Shown: positions 10,066 to 19,788 of the stretch, piece by piece
Position numbering within the stretch: the stretch's first letter is position 1
How the letters are laid out: each line of letters opens with the position of its first letter
Assembly: GCA_024626585.2 (NCBI GenBank)
Contig: JANKJI020000002.1
Coordinates: 43,222,117 to 43,241,904 of the forward strand
Length of the DNA: 19,788 nt
Direction: 5' to 3'
Origin: Ginkgo biloba
Lineage: Eukaryota > Plantae > Ginkgophyta
Notes under the pieces: model-generated
Seen by the model: only the letters and a program-made list of their open reading frames with translations
Databases searched by the model: none
Told to the model about the DNA's origin: nothing
Program-made: the position numbers and the translations under genes

Positions 10066-11873
10066 TTCCACCATCTCCAAGAATTGAGCGTAGCATGAAT
10101 AACACCAATCCTTTGCATGAACATACACCACAACTTCCTAGTCCACCACCATCACATGACCTTGTACAAGCAATGAGAGGGGTACAACAGCTTCAACGTA
10201 TCCTACAGAGATTGACTTCTTCTTCNNNNNNNNNNNNNNNNNNNNNNNNNNNNNNNNNNNNNNNNNNNNNNNNNNNCATGACCATACACTAGAGGACACC
10301 CACCTTCATCACAAGCCCTTCATACAAAAATGAGAGGGAAAAGCCAAGTCCCAGGTAGATGGCATTTCAAGGCAACTTCCTCTTATCTTCTTATATCTAA
10401 TGTGGAGACCAATTCCTTATCCTTAAAGGAGCATATACCTACATCACATGATCATTCTCAAGCAGTTAGCATACAATGGGAGGCACAAGATAGTCCTTTG
10501 AACTTGGAGATCCCATTTTGACAACCACATAAGGGTCTCAATTATTTCGAGCATCCCTTTATTGACTACCACTTCCCACACTCACTCAACATCAGAGTTC
10601 ACAACTTGCAGTTGGAGTTGAGCATGCTTTTTTTTTGCATGACNNNNNNNNNNNNNNNNNNNNNNNNNNNNNNNNNNNNNNNNNNNNNNNNNNNNNNNNN
10701 NNNNNNNNNNNNNNNNNNNNNNNNNNNNNNNNNNNNNNNNNNNATGATTTTTCATTTAGATTTATAACATGAAATGATCATCAATGTAATATAATATTTA
10801 GACATATGGTCATCTAAGACACATCATTATGAACTATTAAGGGAATTGAAACAAATAAAAAATTAAGTCCAAATCATATGAAAAGGAATCCTACCTCATT
10901 ATCATTATGTTTCTTTAAAGGCTCCAAAATGTGCTTCTACACTAACCACTTTCCCCTCAACTTCCAACACTTATGAAATGTGAATGGATGGTTTGCATGA
11001 TGGAAAAAAGAGTTGAATGTAAGAGGATGGGTTTTAGGCATAGAAGGACTAATGAAGTGCAAGGAGGGAAGAAGGGACCTTACACAAATGATAGTAGGAG
11101 TGTGGATTTGTACATTGAGCCTACTAACTTACTAGAGCTTCTTGTAATCTCATTGTGAAGAAATCTAGGTAGCTAGGAAAACCTATTGTGAACTTAGAAT
11201 AATAACATTTTCATGAGACTAGAAGTGATCTAGAATCCATAATCTGTACAATATAAGAAAGATTAAATATATTAAATTNNNNNNNNNNGAGATTTTAACA
11301 CACATTAAAATATCACATCCATGGGTGACAATCATATTTATAAATTATACTCTCTTCATTAAAAATCAAGAAATGGGAGTAAAGTCCACAAATTACAAAT
11401 CTTTGTCTCTAAAATGAGACTAAAAATTAGAGTGCACAAAATTGTTACCTCTATGAGGTTCAACGTACATTTGTATATGGAGCCACAGTCTAAAATCTTG
11501 GAAACAAAAAATCATAGGGTAAAACTTGGTAGAATCACAAGCTATTTCCTTATACAATAAGAGAAATCATAAGTGAAAGGCTTGGTAGAAATTAAAAGAT
11601 TTTCCCTTGGTAAAAGGTTCCTTAGCTAAAAAATCATAACTCTCTAATCTCTTTTCTCAAGAAGAAGAAGAATTCCCAAAGTCTCCAAAAAACCTCCAAA
11701 GTCTTAAAAAATCCCCTAAAAAATGAGGTTTTAAGAGATTTTATATCTCTTAAATAACTATCCTTTTAGTTATTATAACTATCTTTTCATCTTCCAAAAA
11801 GATGGTTGTTCATTTTTTTCGTTTTGGCAATTTTCGCTTTTTTTGCTCAATTTTTATGATTTTGGATAGTGGC

Positions 11874-12029
11874 TTGCGACGGTATGAAGTTACGATAGTG
11901 TGAGGTTGTGACATTGCAAAGTTGTGATAGTACGATGGTGCAAATTTTAAATAATAAAATAGTATGAAGTTGTGATAGTGAAAAGCTATGATAATGCAAA
12001 ATACATAGGGTTGCGACATCGTGGGATTG
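11874..12029. repeat. Degenerate 16-bp tandem array (TTRYGA core)
   Basis: Units start at 11874, 11890, 11906, 11922, 11970 and 11986 (e.g. ttgcgacggtatgaag, ttacgatagtgtgagg, ttgtgacattgcaaag). Confidence 0.8.
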
Positions 12030-12221
12030 CACCTTACGAAGGGTAGAAGAGTGTGACTTATGATGAAAAAAAGAATGTGACTTGCGATGGACAAAATATT
12101 ATGACTTGTGACTAACAAAATATTGAGATGTACGATGGGTACAAGAGTGAAACATGCAATGGAAAAAATAATATGACTTGTGATAGAAAAAATACTACAA
12201 CTTACGATGGATATATGTCGC
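12030..12221. repeat. Degenerate 24-bp tandem array, 8 copies
   Basis: Units at 12030, 12054, 12078, 12102, 12126, 12150, 12174 and 12198; consensus about tgacttrcgatggaaaaaatattr. Confidence 0.9.
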
Positions 12222-14470
12222 GATCGTGTATTTTTGGAAATGTTTATAGGCCAACTTCCTGAGGCAATAACATTCATATATGAACTCCATTGTTGAAAAT
12301 AAGATATCGATATAAAGGTCTCAACATATAATTTTATAATATGTAATTTTAAATCCTTAAAAATATTTAGGGGACATTTCTTATTGTCAAAGTCTCATAT
12401 TTGTCTGATTAACATATTTGCTTTCACATCCACATTCTCCACTCAGAATGAGACAATGAACCTCTCAAGATGATTAAATTGCCCAAGTGATTCCCAAATG
12501 TGTGGGTTGTGTATAATCAACTGCCACATATTCACAATGGCAATTGTACCCATTGTATTGCACATTGTGTCCACAATATGCACATCTTTGGTGAAGAGAC
12601 ATGCTCATGACAAGAGCGGACTATGAGGATGAATCCAGTGTCTCCTTTACCAAGACTTAGAGATACAACAATAGTTTTGCTATATCTTCATTCCAAACGC
12701 TTCAATCTCAACCGACTATGGCATATGGCATCCAATTCTGCATGGACTTTGGTTTAATCATCAAAATTCAGCACCATATCTACCATCGTCCACTTTGTAA
12801 GTAAAGACGTTAACTTTGTGCCTTAAAATAGCATATCATTATTTGGATCATCCATTGCGAAACATGAATTTAGAAAAAATATAAGATGAATTAGACAGTA
12901 TCATTTCAAAGTCATTATGTTTGTGCCTTAAAATTCAAAGAGATCTAATTCTTTCTTGAAACAAAACAAAGCGTGAATTGGAATAGAGTAGACGGATATT
13001 GTTTCAAAAGTCATGTTTAATGAATTGGAATCATAATCCCAAGTGGATGAAGCCATCCATTAGCTCTCAACTAGATAAAGGCTACTAGATGGCAAAAGGG
13101 AGCAACTAACCAAGCTCTGGCTTAGCCCAACATGTATTGATCAAATTTCACAACAATTTCATCCAAGATTATTAAACATCCAAGACTTTTATCCATAGCC
13201 CAATCCACTAAAAAGATTGCTTGAGATGACTTTGAATGAAGAAGACTAGCAAAACATTTNNNNNNNNNNNNNNNNNNNNNNNNNNNNNNNNNTTATGGTC
13301 ATGCATCATTAAAACGGTCATTGGATTGTGTTTTCATGGATTCTTAGTGGTGGATTTAAGAACTATGGCAGAAAACAACTCTAATAGTCACTTGTCATTG
13401 GCAATTAAATAACTCTTCTTGTAGTTCTGCATGCCACTAAGCCAAGATTAGGAAATTGTTTTAGATTCTTTTACATTCAACTTTAGATGTGATATACAAT
13501 TTCAATGTTAAAATGGAATAAATCAATTTATTGTAGAAGTAATAACCATTCTATCCAACATGCACATCTAAGGTTCAAAATCATCTTTTTCTTTTTCTTT
13601 TTCCGATGATATTGTTTGCTTGAATCCTCTACAAACCATTGTCATGATGAAATCAGATAACTCCATTTATAAGCACACAATCATTATATTCAAATATACC
13701 AAAATTGAAAATAGTCATTTTGAGAAAAAGCTCAAGATAGTTAGTATTGTTGATAAATATGATAGGCTAGACTTAACATCGCTATCATACAAATGGGCCA
13801 TTGAAGGTAATTATATAAATTTATATTATTGATTTTATGTTGGGCTTTTCAAAAGTTGATATCCTCGAGCATTACTGTACCAATTATATATATTTAAGCT
13901 AAAAAATTATTCTATAAACTCATTGTTGCTCATGTTATACTCTAGACATATTTTTATCAAAGTAATTATTTAAAAACTTACTTTGTATACGCATTGCCAC
14001 TCAGGTTATACTTAGTACATACTTTGTAAAAGTAACTATTTAAAAAAATAGACTATGTAATACTTATTTATGAAATAGACCATGTAATAGGGAACATGAA
14101 ATGTCTTCAAAAGCACTTCCTCATACATGTTTGAAATCAAATACCCCTTGAAGATGATCCCAAGACTTGACCACATCATTTTGAAATTTCCGTTTTCAAT
14201 GCCAAAGACCACTACCAAATAATCAATTTGATACTCAAGTCATGGGATAATATCCTCCATGGAGTTAATGGGATGAATATATGATATGCTTTGTAAAAGA
14301 CTCCAGTCATCACAAGTGTTGGGAAAACCTTAATGCCTTGCCATCCATTATTTGTTGCCTAACTACTTCANNNNNNNNNNNNNNNNNNNNNNNNNNNNNN
14401 NNNNNNNNNNNNNNNNNNNNNNNNNNNNNNNNNNNNNNNNNNNNNNNNNNNNNNNNNNNNNNNNNNNNNN

Positions 14471-14860
14471 ATTATTATCTAGAGAATATAGATGGGCTAT
14501 ATTATCTAAGGAATTCATGCCAAATCTAGCATACCAAGCAAGCGAGGAAAATGTACTGGCAAATGCACTATCTAGACTTCCTCAAGTTAACAATATAGTA
14601 AAGTTTGAAAGCGCCCTTCAAGTAGAAGTAAAAGAAGCCATAAAAGAGCATGCATTGTGTCAAGAGATAATGTAATCTTTAGAGAAAAGAGAACATCATC
14701 CATTTTTCTCCAAAAAATATGGCTTTCTTTGAACAAGGGCAAACTACAAATTCCAAATGCAACTACAAGATAGTCCTTTTGCTTGCAATGTAGGAAGAGA
14801 TGAAACTTACACGAGGCAACAATGTAAGCAAATTGCCTGTACTATAGAAACTTGTCTAGA
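14471..14860 (+). pseudogene. pol: Ty3/gypsy pol fragment: RNase H C-terminus plus integrase HHCC zinc-binding region
   Basis: REYRWAILSKEFMPNLAYQASEENVLANALSR (compare RQARW...EF..I.Y.PGK.NVVADALSR), NKGKLQIP, QDSPFACNVGRDETY (compare HDSP.AGH.G..KTY), KQIACTIETC. Confidence 0.85.
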
Positions 14861-15483
14861 CCATTCATGGATTAATATGCAGTGTAGATCATAACTATCA
14901 AATGTGCATGTTAAACATTCAATAGTATTAACTACCAATGGATGGTCTTGATAAATTAAGTTGATATTGCAACTAATAATGGAAAAACACCTAGCACGTC
15001 TCTTATTTGTATTGTGCATGGTTAGACCCTATGGGGTGCATAGTTATCATAGACTAAGCTTCGTGGTTTGAGGTGGTCTTAACGAGCATCAATCTCCTTG
15101 GCTACATACGGTAGCACATTTGGCATGTAAGGCATGTTGGAAGCATTGCCACCCTATCAAGCCAAGGGACACAATGGAAGATAACTTTGCATATGAGATT
15201 TGTGTAAAAATTATCACACGCAAGGCCCATGCAACTTGTGGACCACAAGGCTTCTACATAATTGTATTGGAGCATAGCAAAGATGATAAAGAGGAGGTAA
15301 TCTTCACTACTATCAAGGGAACATCTACTTTGCAAGTCTTACAATGTAGGAGATGGCGTTAGCCCAATGCACTAATTAATGCCAAACCACAATCAATTAA
15401 GAGTTTTGAGTGTTATACTAGCCTTCAAATGATTTATATGTATCCAAGTTCCTACAAGTGTAGAGTACAAAGTTGTAGAATGA

Positions 15484-15748
15484 TGACCCTTCACCTTCTA
15501 GTGCCTCTTGCCATCTAGCAACCATTCACTTGCATTGACCTTTCAACTTTTAATGACCCTTCACCTTCTAATAGCCTTTCAACTTCCAATGACCTTTAAT
15601 ATTTTGATGAACCTTCACCTTCTAATAGCCTTTCAACTTCCAATGACCTTTCATCTTGTTGTCGCCCTTAACCTTCTAGTGACCTTTCAACTTCCAAGAA
15701 CCATTCAACTTCTTGTAACCACCTTCTAGTGACCTTTGACCTTCCCAA
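15484..15748. repeat. 18-bp minisatellite, about 15 copies, with 54-bp higher-order structure
   Basis: Consensus tgacctttcaacttctaa; units at 15536, 15554, 15572, 15590, 15608, 15626, 15644, 15662, 15680 and 15698, plus imperfect flanking copies. Confidence 0.95.
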
Positions 15749-17331
15749 GCAAATGATAGGCCTTAGTCAACCTCTTAAGTCCTTCATAGTGGTCTTTTAG
15801 GATTTGCATGCATCCATGTAACCCCTTAGGCTTAGCACTATGGAATAAACAATGTTAAGCTAAAAGGGGTGCCAATTGGTTCTTGTGATATTTGTCGCCT
15901 CAAGAAGTCATTTCCTTGAAAGAATGACTCCACTTGGCAATGTTAGAGAATGTCCCATCAACAAGGAAAAATCAAATTGATCCTCATGACAACCACAAGC
16001 ATCCTCCCCCACACTCATGCAAAGGATGAATGTAACCTTTGACCATATAAATGAGCTCCGAGAGTAAAGAGTCTACACTTGTATGCATTTGCGTCAGCAT
16101 CACACTTGTATATCATCAACATGAACAATTTTTGTAGCATGCAAGCATAAAAAAATGCATTACACCAAGGGAGAATAGAAGCCCTTCCTTTCCAACTCAA
16201 GACCACTATTTGTGCAAGACTAAAAATGATTGTTGATTACATTGATATATTAGAATGATGATAATATGGCACAAGCAAAAAGACTATTTAATTAAGAACA
16301 GGCATAACTATTTTTCTACCCTCTTTGAGAACCAATTTTCCATTGGACTAAAAACCCTCAACACCCTGCAATGGTGAGAATTATACTAATGTTTTTCAAT
16401 ATCATGTTTTTCATGATTATAACCATATCATTTGAAATATGTAACAATAAGCATTAGAAGAAAAAGAATAATATNNNNNNNNNNNNNNNNNNNNNNNNNN
16501 NNNNNNNNNNNNNNNNNNNNNNNNNNNNNNNNNNNNNNNNNNNNNNNNNNNNNNNNNNNNNNNNNNNNNNNNNNNNNNNNNNNNNNNNNNNNNNNNNNNN
16601 NNNNNNNNNNNNNNNNNNNNNNNNNNNNNNNNNNNNNNNNNNNNNNNNNNNNNNNNNNNNNNNNNNNNNNNNNNNNNNNNNNNNNNNNNNNNNNNNNNNN
16701 NNNNNNNNNNNNNNNNNNNNNNNNNNNNNNNNNNNNNNNNNNNNNNNNNNNNNNNNNNNNNNNNNNNNNNNNNNNNNNNNNNNNNNNNNNNNNNNNNNNN
16801 NNNNNNNNNNNNNNNNNNNNNNNNNNNNNNNNNNNNNNNNNNNNNNNNNNNNNNNNNNNNNNNNNNNNNNNNNNNNNNNNNNNNNNNNNNNNNNNNNNNN
16901 NNNNNNNNNNNNNNNNNNNNNNNNNNNNNNNNNNNNNNNNNNNNNNCTTAAAGGACATCACTACGACTAAGATTAAGCTTAATGATGATGCTAGGTCAAT
17001 CTTACTACAAATGTTGGTGTAATGTAAAATGGGGCTTTTAGATTAATTTTATGTAACGAGAGGTCATTTCTCAACCCTCGATCTAGATACATGAGGTGGA
17101 CTAGGCAAAAATTATAATAAAAGCGCTATATTGTGCCCATCATGTAATTCTTTATCCCCAAATTAATATAATAGATTGCTAATCACTTCTTGTGCAGGTC
17201 CTTGTCGATCCAAGCCACTGTCGATTCGACACTCTGACCCATCCAAGCCATTAAATGCTTTAAGAAACTTGATTTATACCTCACCACCTTTTTATGTCCT
17301 TCAAAATACTCACTTTCCTACAGAAATGACC

Positions 17332-17425
17332 CTGTTGTTTATTAGTGTACTATTAGACGTCTTAGCCATTTAATAGTGCGTTGTTAGATGGCAGATCTTT
17401 GCAACCGTGCACTAATAAGCAACAG
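17332..17425. repeat. 94-bp imperfect palindrome/hairpin (MITE-like)
   Basis: Outer arms ctgttgtttattagtgtac (17332-17350) and gtgcactaataagcaacag (17407-17425) pair at 17/19. Inner gccatttaatagtgc and gcgttgttagatggc also pair, differing by transitions. Confidence 0.85.
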
Positions 17426-17619
17426 ATTCCAATTTCAACAAACAATAAATAAATAAATAAAATTTCAAGAAGTTAATCCCATATCCAACTAATTAAGGGC
17501 CATTCTCAACTGACAAAACCACCTCAATTCGATTGGATCTCACCACAAGGTGGTAAACTCCTAATTGGCAGAGTTTAACCATTAACTACCTCTCTAGCCT
17601 ATAACTTCGATTGAATTTT

Positions 17620-17645
17620 GAGTCGGGGGGGCGTGTTGGAAGTAT
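17620..17645 (+). mobile_element. Possible polypurine tract plus 3' LTR start (copia-like)
   Basis: gagtcgggggggcg followed by TGTTGGAAG at 17634. No upstream pol was recognised. Confidence 0.3.
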
Positions 17646-18867
17646 TGTCATGTTGTTTAATTTGTGAAAAAAATCAACTTCATCCACCTCTTTCACCACA
17701 GTTTCCCAATCCTATGCCACATTGTGTTTTTTCCTTCTTTAATCTCAAGTCATACCACGAGTATTCGCAATTTTTGGTCTAGAGACTTCCATCTGTAGGG
17801 CGGCTCTTGCTAACATCCTTCCATCTCTGGTCCATTCTATCTTCAAATTCTGCTCTTGTCAAACTAGTCACACCCGCGTTGTGGCTTGGAATTCCAATAG
17901 AAGGATCACATTCAGGACGAAGTATCAGAAAGGCAAGGATCAAGTATGACGAGTGCGAGGCAACCTCCATTCATCCAATCTAGTGTGTTATCCTAGTACA
18001 ATGCCATGTTATCTATTGCTTTTCCTTTTGTGAAGCTAAATGGTTATAATTGTGTATATCATTTACAATTCTGAATTTTGTTAAGAGAAGCCTAATTGCT
18101 TATAATTTTACATCTTTGGCTCTTAGTACTATCCAATCCAATGTCTAAGAGGAACCTCTCTTGCATACCTATCATATGGCAAAAGAGTGATTCCTTTTTC
18201 CCTAGGACTATGCCCAAACTTTGATCTCTTGAGATCGGAATTTCAAGCTTTCATAAGGCATTTTATGCCTCAAGCCCTATAGAATCAAGCCTCTTGCTTG
18301 ATTCTTTTTTTGCTTCTATCAATTCCAAGCTTTGATAGCCCATAAATGGGAGGGGAGGTCATTCTCTGTTATGCATCAAAAAAGATTTCAATACTCATTG
18401 AATCCAATAAAGAATTCTTCATAGGAGTTTCCATTCCTATCTAATTCAGAACCTTCTTTCTAAATCTCTCTTTCAAGCTTTTGAGGGTTGCTTTGATCCC
18501 TTAGACTTCTAAACAAGGGTCTAACTGCTTGAATCCTATCCTCGTGGGTCTTCAACCTATGATTCCAAATGAATATATAGTAATTAGTAAATAATGAAGT
18601 ATGCATTGCATTAACATTCTTTGATTTTGGAAAGGCAAAGGAAATAAAGTGAAACCTTTTATTTTCTTACAGTGNNNNNNNNNNNNNNNNNNNNNNNNNN
18701 NNNNNNNNNNNNNNNNNNNNNNNNNNNNNNNNNNNNNNNNNNNNNNNNNNNNNNNNNNNNNNNNNNNNNNNNNNATGCACCTACAACTCCTCTTTCATGG
18801 AGAAAGACAGTATGCCATGACTCCTAGATGGACTTAATTACAAAACTCTAACTCACTGCATGAGACC

Positions 18868-18983
18868 TATTACATTTTCAATAGACTCGATTGTAGACTC
18901 TCACTCACTACTGGACTGAACATAAGGCATATTACATTTTCAATAGACTTAATAGACTCATTTTTATTACATTTTGATAAACT
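18868..18983. repeat. Three short direct repeats
   Basis: tattacattttcaatagact at 18868 and 18930, with a variant tattacattttgataaact at 18965. Confidence 0.85.
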
Positions 18984-19516
18984 ATAACATTGATCCAAAT
19001 CAGTGACAGAGGTAGAATTTTGAAAAAATCCAAAATTTCAAGAAAAAAAATTTCAACTCTCTTAATTTGCATTTTTTAGGCCTTTCTAAGTGGAATTTGG
19101 GGGTCAAAGATTTGTGTAATGATTATAGATCGCTACCCTGTCCATGCGACCACAATGTACACAATTCAAGCTTTCTAGAACTTCAAACGATTTTGAATTT
19201 CGAGTCCCGATGACAAAGTTATGGTCCCAACAAGATCTATTGGTGAACTATGTCAATTGAGGAAGCTCTGACAATTGTTCACAAACTATTTTGTCAATGT
19301 CGATTAAGTGTGGTATGTTGGTGGACTGTTGTCAATGGAAATAACTTTGTTGATTTTCAGTCTTTAAGCTTCCTTTTAAGATAGGCTTAGCCCTCTTGAA
19401 TGGAATTTAGTCACCATATGACCACGCTATATGACTTAAGGTTTAACTTTAATGATTTAAATAGTACTTTAAGATAATGGATGGAAATGTTGGCAATTGT
19501 ATTTGACAAAGAATGA

Positions 19517-19788
19517 TGACGACAAGCTCCGACAANNNNNNNNNNNNNNNNNNNNNNNNNNNNNNNNNNNNNNNATATTTTCTCCAACAACTGTGCAACC
19601 TCCTCCGACACGAAAAGCTCTCCGACAGACACCGACATGATAAGTTCTCCAACAGATGCCTCATCTGACATTCGACGTGAGCACAATGCCTCCTTCGACA
19701 TGAGCAAGCCCTCCTCCGACAGATTTGATCTCCACCGATGTTGTATGGAGATCGACAGACGTCTCCAATAGATGTCTCCGATGAAGCA
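19517..19788. repeat. Irregular GC-richer array of CTCCGACA-like motifs, running off the window end
   Basis: About 10 ctccgaca/ctccaaca/ttcgaca motifs in roughly 270 bp, with CpG retained unlike the flanks. Probably TE-internal. Confidence 0.7.

Larger units (their letters stand above)
7954..10643 (+). mobile_element. Decayed CRM-like Ty3/gypsy LTR retrotransposon, gag plus protease only
   Basis: LTR end, PBS, gag and protease occur in order. No RT/RNaseH motifs (YxDD etc.) were seen before the gap at 10644, and no 3' LTR was recognised. Confidence 0.75.
11290..12380. mobile_element. Probable LTR/UTR fragment of a retrotransposon hosting the 16/24-bp arrays
   Basis: Non-coding, contains internal arrays and a 'taacattcatatatgaactcc' LTR-like motif, and ends in ggggacatt (compare TGTAATGTCCCC LTR starts on the minus strand). 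Inference only. Confidence 0.35.

Noticed and set aside
11810-12277. 155-aa hydrophobic minus-strand ORF
   Set aside because: It is a product of the 24- and 16-bp tandem arrays.
12420-13260. Possible further exons of the TMC-like gene
   Set aside because: Manual translation showed no TMC N-terminal motifs or convincing splice-bounded frames.
15508-15729. 73-aa Leu-periodic ORF
   Set aside because: It is the translation of the 18-bp minisatellite.
16428-17022. 177/196-aa ORFs
   Set aside because: N-gap artefacts.
18210-18330. Minus-strand KQKKNQARGLIL*GL..KVW resembling a copia gag N-terminus
   Set aside because: Many stops and no supporting PBS or downstream domains recognised.

Overview
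AT-rich, gap-riddled eukaryotic DNA, almost certainly a large plant nuclear genome (plant-type Ty3/gypsy with a tRNA-Met PBS, GT-AG introns). There is no intact gene, and every long ORF in the track is an N-gap or tandem-repeat artefact. The key signal is hidden from the ORF track: a spliced, frameshifted minus-strand gene relic at about 1440-3710. Its manually joined exons follow the motif order and spacing of the C-terminal half of a TMC (transmembrane channel-like, PF07810) ion channel: 'NCEFSC*NSYFA/EEVYK' (CWETxxGQExYK), 'LLYKFAVLIIFPHFCPSL', 'NCKRGRKPF..KSNVFYY' and 'GIFNG'. TMC is best known as the animal hair-cell mechanotransduction family and I do not know of it in model angiosperms. 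The rest is decayed transposon material: a CRM-like gypsy gag-protease with PBS but no RT, a gypsy RNaseH/integrase fragment, probable LTR pieces carrying 16/24-, 18- and 21-bp tandem arrays, a 94-bp hairpin and a (CT)n microsatellite. All homology calls come from recalled motifs, not from database searches.
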